Below, piece by piece: positions 30,610-50,345 of a DNA stretch of 64,000 nt. Where the stretch lies: the NCBI RefSeq assembly GCF_009914755.1, contig NC_060941.1; one strand, given 5' to 3'. Each line of letters begins with the position of its first letter. Position 1 is the stretch's first letter. Source of the stretch: the human T2T-CHM13v2.0 reference genome, Homo sapiens. The position numbers and the translations under genes were made by a program. Under the pieces are notes generated by a model. The model saw only the letters and a list, made by a program, of their open reading frames with translations, had not been told where the DNA came from and made no database searches.

Positions 30610-31423
30610 CTGCAGAACAAACAGGGGAGGACTGACTGCCTGTGCTTCCTTCTCCTTCTGAGCATCGTCTTGCCTCAGTGGCTAGGGGAGGGGTTGTGGG
30701 CTGCCTGACCCATGACCAGGGGTTGGGTGTGAGAAGGCAATTAGACACTTTTGCAGCACAAGTCAGGCTGCAGGAGGGTCTTGCCCTCAGGGAATTCTCC
30801 TTGCCGTCTCCTCCCTGAGCGTGGCCTCCTCTGTCTCTCAAGTTTCCAGGCCCCTCCCCCTTTTGAAACCCATGCCTCATCTTTCACCCAAAGACCCACA
30901 CCTTGCTTGGCTGAACCTACTATACTTCCCTGTGGGCAGGAGGCAGGCAGGGAGCTGGGTCTTGCACACTGGGTCTTGTACAGAACCAAGAGGCCATTCG
31001 TTGTTGCTGGCTTTGCCACTGACTAGCAGCTCCTGTCAGGGACTGACGAATGAACGTGGGCACCCTGGGTGACAGAGATGGATGGAGATCCCTGCACACG
31101 GCCCTGCACGCACGGCCGGTCTGTGTATTCCTCCCCTTGGGATCAGGCGAATCAGATGGCTGCTGATGGAGCCATTACTCAGTCATTTAGTTGTGCTGGG
31201 AGGGGGAATGTGAGTTTCACCACTAGGACAATTAGGACCCCTCCCTAGGGGCTGCAGTATTAGGTGGAGGAGTGTGGGGTGGACAGATGAGTCCCACTAG
31301 GGGGTGATGAGGATAACAGCCCGTTGGCTCCAATCAGATCGGAGGCACACCTGTTCCTCCCCAGGGCTGGGCTTGGGCAGACACCACTCACAGCCAGCCC
31401 TACTGTGGTTAGGCGTGAAGCCA

Positions 31424-31642
31424 GACCTCACGTGAGGTCCATTTGGGCTTTCTGAGCTCTGGTGCACCAGCCACAGAGAAAGAGAGCCTGGATGCTCTCT
31501 TGGCAGCCTGCTGCCTTTGTTTTAAACTAAAAAATCTGCGTCAAGCGCAGCGCTTGGTATGCAGACAATTCCCTGGGAAGAGATTCTTTTACGTTTGTGC
31601 AGTAATATATTCTCCATCCCGGGGCCTGTTATTGTACAATAA
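31424..31642. promoter_or_regulatory. Candidate enhancer: cluster of palindromic sites
   Basis: gacctcacgtgaggtc, caagcgc-a-gcgcttg, ttccc-t-gggaa, ttattgtacaataa. Confidence 0.3.
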
Positions 31643-33924
31643 AACAAGAAGGCTGGGAATCAATGCAGAAATGTGAAAAAAATGCTCTGAATCATTTTCA
31701 TAACCAGCAAATGTGGTTTTCAGCTGAGAAACATTTTCTTTCCTATTCTGAAATGGTGGGAGCAATTTTCAGGCCTGGGTACTGGGATTGAAACTCTTTG
31801 CTGCTTAAAGGCAAATATCACCCAGAGGAGAGACCACACCATACTGGGCCGCGATGAGCTGAACTTGGCTATAATAATCACAGTACGCACTTCAAAAGCA
31901 TCTATCATGTGCCAGCTCTGTGCTGGGCACTTTCATATTTGAAAGGTGATATGTTTGGACAAGTCAAAACAGGGTTCTTCTGCTCCAGCCCCCCATCATG
32001 GAGGAATTCTCTCCACAGCACTCCCCACAATGGACCTAGAGGCTTTCCTTAAGTGCTTGCAGTGAGAGTAACTCCCTAACTCTAAAAAGCTCATGCTGTT
32101 TTCTGTTAATAGCTCCAAGTATTAAAAAATGCTTCTGACTTCTTGTCTCAGTGGAGTGGGCACGTGCTGAAGTCTCCCTGCTCAGCTTCAATCACATGCA
32201 AATAATACAAACATAGATGTCATGCAAGTACAAATATCATTTTGTCTTGTTTCTGATAGGACTGGCCATATTAAAAAAACAGAATAATTTCTATAGGCCA
32301 GAAATGAAACAGAGATACTGATGTGTGGGAGTTGAAACTCTGAGATCCACAGTGTACCAAGACTGGAAACAGCCTGTGAGCCAGGAATTCACTCACACAT
32401 CAATGGGAAAATGTGACTTCTAGTCAAGGAAAAAACCCACCAATAGAAACTTACCCTGAGATGACCCAGGTCTTAGATTTAGCCAGGCAAAGGCTTTAGA
32501 GCAGCTTTATAAATATGTTCAAAGGCTTAAAGGAAAATAGTCTTAATGACTCAATAGGGAATCTCAGCAGAGAATGGAACAAAATGGAAACTCTAGAATT
32601 GAACACTATAATAATTTAAAATTTAAAAAAATGCACTGGATGGGCTTCGTAGTAGATTAGAGGGGACAGAGAATGAATAAGTAAATTTGAAGATGGGTCA
32701 CTAGAAATGATCCAATCACAGGAGAGCAGACAGAGAAAAGATTGAAGAAAATGAACAAAGCTTCAGAAATTTATGAGATAAGGTCAAATAGTCTGACATA
32801 CATGCAATAGAAGTTGCAGAAGGAGAATATGGGTCTGAAATAATAGATTATATATGTCAGAATATTATATATATAATATAGGTCAGAATAATGAGTGAAA
32901 ATGGGTCAGAAATAATATTTAAAGAAATAAATAGATGAAAATTGGATAAAATAAATATAGACTTACAGTTACAAAAAGTTCAGAGAATTTCAAGAAAGAT
33001 AAATTCATACCCACCCATATCATACTCAACCTGCTGAAAATAAAGACAAAATCTTGAAGGGAGCCAGAGGAAAAAAAAGACACATTTTATATAGGATAAC
33101 AATGATAAGGACTACCACTGATTTCTCAGAAACAGTGGAGGCTGAAAAACAAAGGAATAACATATTTGAAGTGATTAAAGAGGAAAAAAAAATCCTGTTA
33201 GCCTTGAGAGTTTTACTGTTTGTATTCAGTAAAAACATACTTCAAAAATGAAGGTGAAATAGAGTCATTTTCAGACAAATAGAAGCTAAGAGAATGTGTT
33301 GGCAGCAGACCTGCACAGCAAGAACTGCCAAAGGATGTTCTCCAGGTTGAAGAGAAATGCAACCTGATGGAAACCTGCGTCCCCAGGAAGGAAAGAGCAA
33401 AACTGCTTTTCTATTGTATTTTTTAAAAAAGACAATTGACAGTTTAAATGAATAATAATAATAATACAAACCATGATTTAAAACATCTGTGGAAAGCAAA
33501 AGATAGGCAACAATAGCAGAAAGAATGGAGGGTGTTCATATAATGATATAATTATACCATTGTAAGATTATTTTATTTGTAAACTGGGAAATAGTAAAGG
33601 GGACGTATGAAGGATCCTGTGGGAAGTGGGAAGTGAAACAGAGTTGACTGAGGATGTGTATGATGAGCCCAAGTGTATGGTAAATAACTAATAAAAGGAG
33701 CTGGAGCTAACAAGCCAATAGAGATGAGAAAATGAAATATTAAGAAATACTTGATTAACCTAAAGGAAGCTGGTGAAGGAGTAAATGAAGAGCAAAGAAC
33801 AACAGGAAAAAATGAAAAACAAATGGGCAACTTAAATCCAGCCACATCGATAACTACATTAAGTGTGAACAGAAGAAACAGCAAGGTTGCAGGATAGCAA
33901 ATCAAATTTTAAAAATCCATTGTA

Positions 33925-34284
<360 letters not shown>

Positions 34285-34952
34285 CTATTTCAATAGAGTT
34301 AATAAAGATAAAATACTTAGGAAGAAACTTATTAAAAGATGTACAAGACCTGTACAATGCTGATTTCAAAGCTTTAAATAAATGGAGAAATACATGTTTG
34401 TGGATAGGAAGCCCCATTTTATTAAGGTGTTCATTCTCCATATTTATCTATAGATTCAGTGCAATCTTAAGCATCATCCCAGTAGGAGATGAAAAAGCCA
34501 GTTTAAAAATCTATGTGGAAATGTAAAGGATCCAGAAGAGGTAAGACAGTTTTGAAAAAATAAGTACAGTATGAATTGCTTAACAATCGGGAGGCATTCT
34601 GCAGAATGTGTCGTGAGGTGATTTCGTTGTTGTGTGAGCATGGTTGAGTGAACTTACACAAACCTGGATGGTATCGCTTACTACACATTTGGGCCATAGG
34701 GGACAGCCCATTGCTCCCAGACTACAGACCTGTACAGCATGTTACTATAACTGAACACTGTGGGCAATTGTAACACAATGGTAAGTATCTGTGCATCTAG
34801 ACATAGAAATGGTATAGTGAAAATATGGAATCAAAGATGAGAAATGGTGCACCTGTGCGGGGCACTCATCATGAGTGGAGCTTGCAGGACTGGAAGTTGC
34901 TCTGGGTGAGTCATTGAGTGAAGGCCCGGGACATTACTCTACACTACTGTAG

Positions 34953-35267
<315 letters not shown>

Positions 35268-35803
35268 GACTACTGTAGACTTTCTAAGCACTGTACACAG
35301 GCTACACTACTTATGACAAATATTTTCCTTTTCTTAGTAATAAATTAACCTTAGCTTACTGTAACATTTTTCTTTGTAAACTTAAAACATTTTTAAACTG
35401 TTTGATTCTTTTGCAATAACAGACTAAAACACGAATACCTTGTACAGCTGTGTAAGAACATTTTTTCCTTATATTCTTATTTTAAAAGTGTTTTTCTGTT
35501 CAAACATTTACGTATGTATGTATGTATGTCTGCATTTTTGCTTTTTAAACTTTTTTGTTAAGAACTAAGGCACGAACACACACATTACCCTAGGCCTACA
35601 CAGGGTCAGGGTCTTCAATATCACTGCTCCCCACATCCATGTCTTGTCTCACTGGAAGGTCTTCAGGGCCAGTAACACACATGGAGCCGCCATCTTTCAT
35701 GATAATAATACCTTCTCTGGAATACCTCTTGTAGGGCCTGCCTGAGACAGTTTTACAGTTAAAATTTTTTTAATAAGCAAAGGAGTACACTCCAAAATAA
35801 CTA

Positions 35804-36187
<384 letters not shown>

Positions 36188-36874
36188 TTATTATCAATAT
36201 TATATACTGTACATAACTATATGTACTATACTTTTATACAACCGGCAGAGCATAGATGCAGTCTGGTGGATGTTGCCTGAAATGTCATTACACAGTTCAT
36301 GACTGTACAAAGAGGAACACATGCTCTCTAATGTCTTAATCTACCAGCTGCAATCATCAAGACAGTGTAGTATTGGTGTAAAGACAGACATAAAAGATCA
36401 ATGGGATAGAATAGAGACTTCAGTTCATATATATGGTCACATATATATGGTCAATTTATTTCTAACAAGGGCTCTGGGATAATCCAGTAGGGAAAGGTAA
36501 CTCTTCAACAAATGGTTCTAGAACAACGAGATATTTGTACAGAAAAAAATAAATCTCAACCCCCTACCTCAAACCACAAACAAAATTAATTCAAAATGGA
36601 TTATAGACCTAAACATAAAAGCTGAAACTATAAAACTTGTAAAGAAAAACAGAAAATCTTCACGACATTAGATTTCTTAGAAAAGACACAATAAGTGCAA
36701 ACCACCAAAGGAAAAAAATGAATAAATAAACTGGACTGCATATCAAGGAAAACCCTCCACTTTTTAAATACATCATTAATATATGTGACAAAGGGCTTTT
36801 TCCAAAATATATAAAGAACACTTACGACTCAACAAGATAAACAATGCATTTCTTTTAATGGCTGAATGACTTGA

Positions 36875-37402
<528 letters not shown>

Positions 37403-37434
37403 TAATCATACCTAGGGAGCAAAAGCAGGAGGCA

Positions 37435-37640
37435 TATTAAAAGGCACTGGGCTGGGCATCAGGAGCCCCAGCTTCCGTTTCCAGCTCAGTGACTGACTTG
37501 CTATGTGACCCTGGGAAAGCCCCTTTCACACTCTGAGCCCCAGAAACCACATCCATAAAAATGGGGAGAACATTATTATTGCCTCGTATGCATTTTATGT
37601 GGCCCAAGTGGCACAGGCTATGGAAAGGAGTTCTGGAGTG
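37435..37640 (+). mobile_element. MIR
   Basis: gcactgggctgggcatcagga...gacttgctatgtgaccctggg...catccataaaaatgggga. Confidence 0.8.
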
Positions 37641-38479
37641 CACCAGGATTTCTCTAGATGGAAGGCATATTGGTGTTGTTTTTGACCTTTTAGAGATTAC
37701 AGATGATTGTTACAATAGGGGCACCCAATCTGAATGATCAGATGTAGTGACCTAGTTATCTGAATACCTGACAGTTTACCAGCGACACTCATGTATGCAT
37801 ATAGACACAAACATAAAACAGGAAACACATGGATGTTATAAGTCACAAGAGTCAGCCATACAAACACAAAGATATGTGTATCCACAACTGGCCCACACGG
37901 GCACATGGAGGCCCACAGGCATACATGTATGCACACACAGAAAAACACAGGTGCATGTGTACACACATGTTCACATGGACACACATGTTCATAGACCCTC
38001 ACGCTCCCAGAGCCCACATTCAGTGAGCACACGGATGCACACAGATGGGCCCAGTTGCCGCACACACACTCATGAACAGGCAAAGGCATACCCTTGAACA
38101 TGAAGAACTGGAATACAAAGAGATTTTACCTGGAGAAGCTGTGAGCCCAAGGCAGAGGGAGGAAGGGTATATCCTGCTGAAGGTGAGCAGGTCCAGGACT
38201 CCCTGGAAGAGGGGCTTAAGGAAGGGTTAGAGCATCGGAGGCAGAGGGGCTAGGGGCTGGCAGAGCCGGGGAAGCCACCCACAGATGGTACCCTCTTCAG
38301 GGAGTAGGATCTGAGGGATTCCTAGGGCAGGCGGGCCTTGGTTGTAGGCCCTGGAGGTAGAACTGAAGACTTCCGTGCAGTTCTGCTCATGGAGTCACCA
38401 GCCAGCCACTCCCAGAAAGTAGAGGGGAGGGGCAAGAGATGACTGTAGCCTGGGGCTGGTGGCCCGGGCTAGGCCTCAC

Positions 38480-38608
38480 CGGCTGCCGCTGGAATGAAAA
38501 ACTCAGTTTTAGCTTCTATGTCGGGATTTGCCAGTGGGTTCATTTCCTGGGTGCAGATTGGTTGAGGGAGACCTTCCTTTATCGATTCCCCTTTACGGTA
38601 AAAATGAC
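38480..38608 (-). ncRNA. Candidate 129-nt exon of an unidentified minus-strand transcript
   Basis: Acceptor attgacttcatttgcag|GTC and strong donor GCCG|gtgagg; typical exon size; symmetric phase 1-1 with one open frame. Confidence 0.5.
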
Positions 38609-38895
38609 CTGCAAATGAAGTCAATCTTCCAATCATACGCCAGGACAGAAAGAAGCTGCGAGTATAGACAAGAGCACTGGACTGGGTGTCAAGAGCCAGC
38701 ACGTGGGGGTGTAAGGTTTGGCTACAGGCTGAGATGAGAAAGCATCTTAAGAGCCAGAAGGTCCAATTCAGACTCTTGGCAGTACGGGAAAGTGCGGCCC
38801 AAAGCTGGGATGGCGACCAGCTCTTTGGTCATAGCAGCTCTGTCCACCTAAGATAATCTCAGAGGAAGGCCAGGATATCTCAAGGTCTCATCGTC

Positions 38896-39301
<406 letters not shown>

Positions 39302-40479
39302 TCATTCCCTGAAAAGGCTCCACGGCTGAGACTGAGCCTGGGCCCATTAGCATTCAGCTCAGCAGCTGGGCAGGAAGGAGAACAGTATCAGGGTGGCAGG
39401 AAGAAAAGCAGGGCTGGAAGAAAAGGGATAAGGATGAGGAGGAGGTAGAGGGGGTGCAGGTGCTCTTCCAAGCTGTTTGCCCATGGGCTCAGAGGGGCTA
39501 AATAATTCACTCATTTTTATCCAGTTAGTGAGAAGCAGGGCCAGGGATTTGAACCCAGGTGTATGTAAGACTCTCAGGAGAGTAGAGGTCATTCTACATG
39601 GGAAGAGCTGGAAATCTTCCAGGGGAAAAGACTTGCGGAGTTAGTCTGACTGGATTCCATCAGCCCAGTCCTGGCAAGGTGTGCTACAGAGGGGATCTCC
39701 GCTCAGAGACTTCTCTGAGCCTGAGTTAGGTGAGGGGAAATGAGGCCCAGAGTTCCAAGAAGGGGACTGGCCTTGAGCTGGGCACACAGACCTGCATGGG
39801 ACAAGCTCCTTACATGGTGGGTCAGAAGCTGGGGACTCAGGAAAGTGAGAATGTCACAGTGCACAGAGTGTGGAGCAGGGGCAGGCTAATGCAGAGTTCC
39901 TTCAATTCCACACTGCAGAAGAAGCTTCCCTGAGAACGCACCATTGCTGGGCTCCTTATATGCCTCACCTCTGACCTTCTCTCTGGAATCTCGCACCATC
40001 GCCCTTAAGGCAGCTGTCTTCATCCTCATTCTGCAGATGAGGAAACAGGTTTAGAGAAGTTAAATTCACTTGTCCTTAGTGAACCAGAGTCCAGATTCTC
40101 ATGGTCCAGTCCAGGGTGCCTTCTCCTGCTGATCACGGCAGGCTTTTATTCCCCGGAGCCTTTGTTAATGGGCTTCCCTGGGCCTGTGACTGCCAAGGCC
40201 TGGCAACTTTGACATGTTTTCGTGGGGTTTCCTCTGTGCTGGTCTCTGGATTTTCCAAGTTTCTCATTTGCAGGTCCAGGGGAAGGAGGGTTGCTCCATC
40301 TCAGGCCCTAGGAGGTGGTGCTTTGGCAAAGGGGCAAGAGACCCGTGATCTGGCCCCAGCTCTCCCTCAGTCAAGCTATATGACCTTGGAAGAGTCATTT
40401 CTCATCTCTGCTCAAGATAATGTCATGCTGTAGATTGAAGGTTTGCCCTGGGAGACCTCTCAGCCATCTCTCATCCTGG

Positions 40480-40745
40480 ACCATCCATCCATCCATTCAC
40501 CTTCCATCCAACCATTCATCCATCCTCCAATGATCCATGCATCCATCCATCCATCCATCCATCCATTCATCCATCCATCCATCGATTTTCCATCCATTCA
40601 TCCATCCATCCATCCATCTTCCATCCATTCATCCATCCATCTTCCATCCATTCATCCATCCATCCACCCATCCACCCACTCAGCCAGTCATCTGTTCAAC
40701 TTTTCATCCACCCATCATGCATCCATCTGTCTCTCCATTAATCCT
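40480..40745. repeat. Complex (TCCA)n repeat, copy 1
   Basis: Direct reading. Confidence 0.93.
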
Positions 40746-40789
40746 ATCAAACCCTGGGTTGAAAAAATAGCATAAATCTGGCCCTTTAT

Positions 40790-40995
40790 AGGACAAAAGG
40801 GCCAGAGAGCAATTACTTTATGTTTTCCAGGACACATGGTCTCTGTTGGAACTATTCAACTATGCCTTTGTAGCACAAAAACAGCCAGATAAGAGGTAAA
40901 CAAATGGGTGTGGCTGCATCCCAATGAAACTTTATTTGCAAAAGCAGGGGACAGGCTGGATTTTGCCCCTGGACTATAGTTTGTGGCCCTTTGCC
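40790..40995 (-). mobile_element. MER58A
   Basis: catggtctctgttggaactattcaact...aatgggtgtggctgcatcccaatgaaactttatttgcaaaagcagg...ctatagtttg. Confidence 0.8.
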
Positions 40996-40999
40996 CTGG

Positions 41000-41370
41000 A
41001 TAATTGCTGGGTGCTAGAGACACAGATACAGACACAGTCTAATAGGGGAGGCTTGCATGTGGACCAAAAATGATAGTGCAGTGTGAAAAGTAGAGATGGC
41101 TTAAAGGGTGCACAAGGCACAGAAGGAACCCAGAAGGGGACCTGGGGGCCTTAAGTGATTAGGCCGGTGTCAGTGGTTGAAACCTAATCAGGGTTTCGGT
41201 GGATGAGGGAAGAGCTCTCCAGGCAGATGGAACAGCATGAGCGAAAACACAGAGGCATGGTAGTACCTGTTGTGTTGGCAAAGACTGTGAGATTTGATGG
41301 CTGGAGAATGCAGCAGAAATGAGATCAAGGAGGATTTTAATTACTGTGCTAAGAAGCACGAACTTTTAAG
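41000..41370 (-). mobile_element. L2 fragment
   Basis: ctgggtgctagagacacag, ctccaggcagatggaacagcatgagcgaaa. Confidence 0.65.
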
Positions 41371-42137
41371 CAAATAATTCTCAGTTATTTAACTCCTCTT
41401 CAATGACTAACATTTTTCTTGGAAAGAGTCCACTCCATAACTGCTAATCTCAGTGAGGGGTATTGGATATGCAATTTCTTCTAATTATGTGGAAATACTG
41501 GTTGTTTCTTCTCTGTGGGTGCTGAGGCCCTGGGGGCAGTGATGGATGCCTAGGCGGTAGGCAGAGGGGCCTAGGAACTGAGCATGGCTGATTTGCACCA
41601 CAGTAGAGCCCTGGGCTCTGATTTCACACTCTGCCCCAGGCCAGAGCGATTCTGCCTGTGTCATCATTATGCTCATCAAGAGATGCTTTGTCTTCCCCTG
41701 ATCAGCCTAATTGCTCCCCTCATTTGGACAGCCCTGGAGTCATTTAGTAATGAAAATCACCGCGTGCTAATATGGCATCAGGAGCTCACCTGCTTCTTGG
41801 CATTTGGAGCAGTGTGGAGAGGGGAAGAGGCTCTGCTTGTCATTACAGGTGCAGAGCCTCGCTGAGCTGCTCATGTGCAATTACCGTCCAACAGCCTGGA
41901 AATTACAGTCCAGTTACAGTGCCTGCTAACAAGGACTAATTGTACCACAACAGAGCTTCCCTGGACACTTAAAACAAATGGCCACTGTGGGAACTTGGCG
42001 ATGAATAGAGAAAAATCCCATCTATTCTTGGAACACAGGACAAATATGCTAGGAGTTGGGCAGGGCTCAGCTGGGGGCTCTTGGGCATTAAAACTTGGTT
42101 TCCCAATCAATGTAACCAAGCTAGAATTTGATGCAGA

Positions 42138-42901
<764 letters not shown>

Positions 42902-43049
42902 TAGATTTAGTTAAGTGAGAGGGTGAAGAGAGGGGCATAGATGGTGTGAGAATAGAGAAGATATAAAGAGTTGTTCATCACCGTCATACACATAGCTTAA
43001 GTGAAAGACAGGAAAGTAAAAGGGAAGGGGATGTGTGTGTGCTCTGTGT

Positions 43050-43205
43050 TTAAGTGTGGCAAGTTACTTCATTTCTCTTAGTCTCAATTTCCTTTCCCAG
43101 ACAATGGGGATAAAAATGCTTCCTACCTCATGGGGTTATTATATGGACTACAAAAAATACTGCACATAAAGTTCCTAGAACAATGCCTGGTATGTAGTAA
43201 GCAGG
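43050..43205 (+). mobile_element. MIR
   Basis: ggcaagttacttcatttctcttagtctcaatttcc...cctacctcatggggtt...aatgcctggtatgtagtaagc. Confidence 0.8.
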
Positions 43206-44139
43206 CGCTGCCATTCTGCTGCCTACTCCTGGGGACTTGAAGGTTGAGTTAGAGTCCACCCTACCTAGACAGTAAGAAAGACCATCCTAGGAATTGGCAA
43301 CGTGTAGATGCTTGTAACACAGGGTAGGCTTTGGGGGGAGTGTTAATTTTTGCATCTTGTGACTAGAGCCCAGGGAGTGAGGGGCAGTGATGGGGGGAAA
43401 AAGCAGGTCAGAGGCCCCATCAGTCCAGAAAGAGCTGAGGATTGGGATTTGCAATGGGGAAGATGGGGAGCCATCAACACATTTTAAGCAAGCAATTTGT
43501 TTTTCAAAATTATTACTGTAGGGTGGGAAATTGATTATTGTTCATTAATTATTGCTTTAAGAGGAGATGATTGTGCAAGGAAAACAAATGAGTCCTGGTC
43601 ATTCAAGGGCAGAGTCTAGATGAGAACTGCTCTAGCGCTCATTCCTGGTTCTAGCTGCCCTGAACTCTGGCCTCTAGGCTCCCTGTTCATTGTTTTCTGG
43701 CCTGTAGCTAAGGGGGTATGGAAAGAATGTTAGAGTTATGAGTTCCCCTGCCCTGACAGGATCTGTGTAGGGTCCGTACATCTCCATGTTCTTCCCCTCA
43801 ATGCATCCCTACTCACGGAACCCTGCTAAGTGGTCATTTCAACTCTCCTCTATACAGCTCTCCTCTATACTACTTCCTGAGCCAGCCTGCTTCTTCTTTG
43901 GCCATCTCTGACCCAAAGTCCTTTATCCTATGAAATGTCAACCCATCTCCCCATGGATTCTCATTATTCACTCTCGTTCTGCTCCTGAGTCACTGGGCGG
44001 GATAGGTCTCAATGGCAGCCCATGCACCTGACTCATTCTGGGGCTGAGACCCAGGCTCAGTTTGTGGTCAGTGCTCATTGTGGCCACACGGGTGCTTTGG
44101 CTGCAGTGGGGCTCATGGTGGAGCATTTCCCAGGAGGGG

Positions 44140-44900
<761 letters not shown>

Positions 44901-45460
44901 TCTACTTGGACCCTGAGCAAGTACTTCCTGTCCACTTCTAGCACAAAGAAAGGTGCCAGCTATAGCCATTGAGTCTGAGTTTCAAGCCAGACTTGTGGCA
45001 CTCACTCCTACATGGTCCTAGGCATGTCCTACTTGGGACTCAGTTTCTCCATCTGTAAAGTGGAGAGATTGTAAATTCCATGATCTTATCTCTTTTAGCT
45101 GTTCTTTGATGAAGCTGAAGGACTCTAGATGAAGCATGACCCCCCACTCTGAGCAGGGGCTCCTTCTGCAGATGTGTGTCAGCTTAGGGGATGTTTCTCA
45201 TGCCCATAGCCTCACTGACAGCAGAATAACCTAGGGCCAGTCTTTCTGGCTGATCCACTTGGAATCACACACTTCCATTCCAGGTTGTGCCAAACTCAAC
45301 CTGATGTTCCTTGTGGTCCCTGGAACGGGGCTGCCTGCTGGGGTGTTGACTAACTGGGCGTGTCAAACTTGGGACCCTCTTCCTCTGTTTCCTTGTTCCT
45401 CATTAGGTTCCTCATTGGCTACAAATGATTCACTTAGAAGGCAATGGGAACTGGCAGTGA

Positions 45461-45814
<354 letters not shown>

Positions 45815-46164
45815 CTCCCTATATTATTATGATATCAGCAAAAATAAAATTATGAGGTTTATGCAAATCATATTTGTATGATCACGTCTGAGAGCCTTTG
45901 GATCAAATTTTCTAGCCAATTTCTCTAAATGCGAGCTTTTAAACTTTTCCTTTATTGTTGACAGAAGATGCTTTTAGAGATTGCACTGTGTCAACTTCAG
46001 AGACAACCAGAAGGTTGGGAGGGAAGGAAAAGGCACCCTGTAAGGGATGACGGAGGGGCTGGGACTCAAACTGGAGAAGAGAGGTGAGGCCCAGGCTCCA
46101 TGTGCGGAATTCATCCGGGCTCTCTCTGGGTCAAGGAAGCAGGTGTCACTGGTTGACACAAACA

Positions 46165-46450
46165 ACTGGCAAACAGAGGCCAACACGGTCAGGCAGAACT
46201 TTCTAGAAGTCTGAAGTGTCCAGAGAGGGAGCAGGCTGCCTTTGGAGGGTGTGTGACCCCAAGAGAAGAGGACTCTGAGATTCAGGGAGGGGCAGCATCT
46301 TCCCAAGATCACCCAGCTGGTCAGTTGAAGTTCTGGGACCAATGGCTAGAACTGGAAGCTGACACAGTCCCAGAGCCCGAGAAAGGGACAGAGATGCGTC
46401 TGTTCCAGCCAGCAGGTGCCCTTCCCACTCGAAGCCTTCAGTGTTGGGCA
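46165..46450 (+). mobile_element. L3/CR1 fragment with nested antisense MIR piece
   Basis: aggcagaactttctagaagtctgaagtgtccagagagggagcaggctgcctt; MIR gactctgagattcaggg..ttcccaagatcacccagct. Confidence 0.5.
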
Positions 46451-46856
46451 AGGTGGTGGTCAAGACTCCCTTTCCCTCAATGGTGAGAGGACATGGCCAG
46501 GGTTTCAGTGGAAGCCTTTCTTGACTGCTGAGAATCTGATGAACCTCTTCAATATTTATTTTTCCGATAGAACTGAACAATTCTGAAGAGACACAATATT
46601 ACATTTCTTAGAAGCTTCCCCAAATGCATAGTTATCAGGGAAACCTGAATAAACTAACAAGAGCTTAGACCTATTTATTTTTGTATTCAGTCATCTCTGA
46701 GGTGTGGGTTATGCCAGTGTGAACAAGAAGAGACAGTAATTAGATTGTGCTTAGACTGATTCTCCTGCTCCAGGAATGGGATTAGGGCCGGGCTGCCCCA
46801 GCTCTGTGGTCTTCCATGCTCATGGTGCTGGTCCTTCAAGTTTATATCTCTGGGAT

Positions 46857-46902
46857 CATTGGTTTCCAAACATGGCTGCATGTGGAATCATCTGGGAAGT
46901 TT

Positions 46903-46939
<37 letters not shown>

Positions 46940-47056
46940 GATGCCTGTATTCCACCTGCCGAGGTTCTGATTTAATTTATCTGGGAACAGCCTTGGCATT
47001 GGGACTTTTACAAGCTCCCTAGGTGATCCACTGTGCAGCAGAGATTGAGAATTCTT
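46857..47056. mobile_element. MER5A with internal T-run
   Basis: tggctgcatgtggaatcatctgggaagttt...ttctgatttaattt..ctggg...aagctccctaggtgat. Confidence 0.82.
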
Positions 47057-47063
47057 AATTTAG

Positions 47064-47545
<482 letters not shown>

Positions 47546-48399
47546 TCAGTCAAATACATTGATAAGCCATAATGACTGGTTGTTTCTTAAATCACATGTT
47601 GTTTGAATTTAACTGGGCTAACTTGCCCCCCTCAAATAGGTTTGCATGCTTAGAACTGGGCCCACTCTGACATGGGACAAAAATTGCTGGTGTGTGAACA
47701 TTCCCATTCTCATTCCCTTCCGCCTCTAAATGAAAAGAATTTATTCTTTGCCTGTTCAGTTCCCCAGCAACCCTTTCCAGCCTTCTAGACGGGGTTCCAC
47801 CTTTGCCAGCTCAGACCCTCAGCTTTTATAATGCAGAGCTGGATAGAAAGGCTGGGGACTGAGGAAGGGCGGTCAGGAGATTTGCATTGGAAAGAAGAGA
47901 GCTGTTCCGAGAGAAAAGATTAAAAGGGAAGAGAAAGAGGGTGGGGAGGAAAGAAAATAGGGAAAATTTTAAATTGGGACTGAGGGTGGAGAAAAGGAAA
48001 AGATATTTGAGGAATGTCTGCCAGATGTGTGTGTATTGAGAGTGGCAAAAGGAGAAGAAATATTTATATTTTGCTATGCATTGAGAATGTACCCTGTCCT
48101 CCCTACATACACGGGCACAATTTCCCTGTAGAGGCTTCCCCAGAGGTGTACATAAATTACAATTGCTTTCAGCTATATTTTGCTGTCAGACTACAGATTC
48201 CTTGAATTGATCCTGCACAGGGACTGGTCCATTTGGGCCTCCAGTTATATTTGGAATATGCTGATAAGCCAGGGTTGTGTGGAAATGGCAGCAGGTGTGA
48301 GCTGGGAAACCCTTCACCACCTGGTGGAGGCATTTCACAGACTCATGAGCTCTCAGAGTGGGAAGAGATCTTAAAAATGGGGGCCTTCAAAATGGTCTA

Positions 48400-48755
<356 letters not shown>

Positions 48756-49299
48756 TCATTCTCTGCTTAAAGACTTCCTATGAAAGGGAATGCATGACTT
48801 TCAGAGAAAACTCACTACAACCGTGTATAGACCTAGCAGTTAGAAGTCTGTCTGTGTTCTCAAATGCTGTTATCGGTGATGTGAATTATCACAGCCTCAT
48901 TGAACTTCGCTCTGGCGAGTCCTGGCACAGTTTAAATTATTCTTCTCCTTCGAATCAGCAATTCTGCTTCTAGGAAGTCTGCGTCACTCACACACACACA
49001 CAAAGATGCATGTCCACGGATGTTTAGATTGAAGCATTACTTGAGAGAGTGAAAATGTGAAGCCAGTTCAATGTATATCTACAGAGGATTGCCAGTAAAA
49101 CCACAGTAGATATCAGTTGTGGAATAATGGATATGCCTGTCCTAATATGGAAAGATTTCCAAGATATAGTAAGGGAAGAAGTAAGTTGCAAATGATAAGT
49201 TAGGAAAGAGTGTGTTAAGACCCCACAGACTTCATACCTATACCTGCATATGAATTAAAGATATGAAGACATATAGAAAAACAACGTAATAAAATTGAT

Positions 49300-50345
<1,046 letters not shown>

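Noticed and set aside
29922-30635. 237-aa plus-strand ORF
   Set aside because: Non-ATG start, runs through a MIR and has no homology I recognise; splice signals point to the opposite strand
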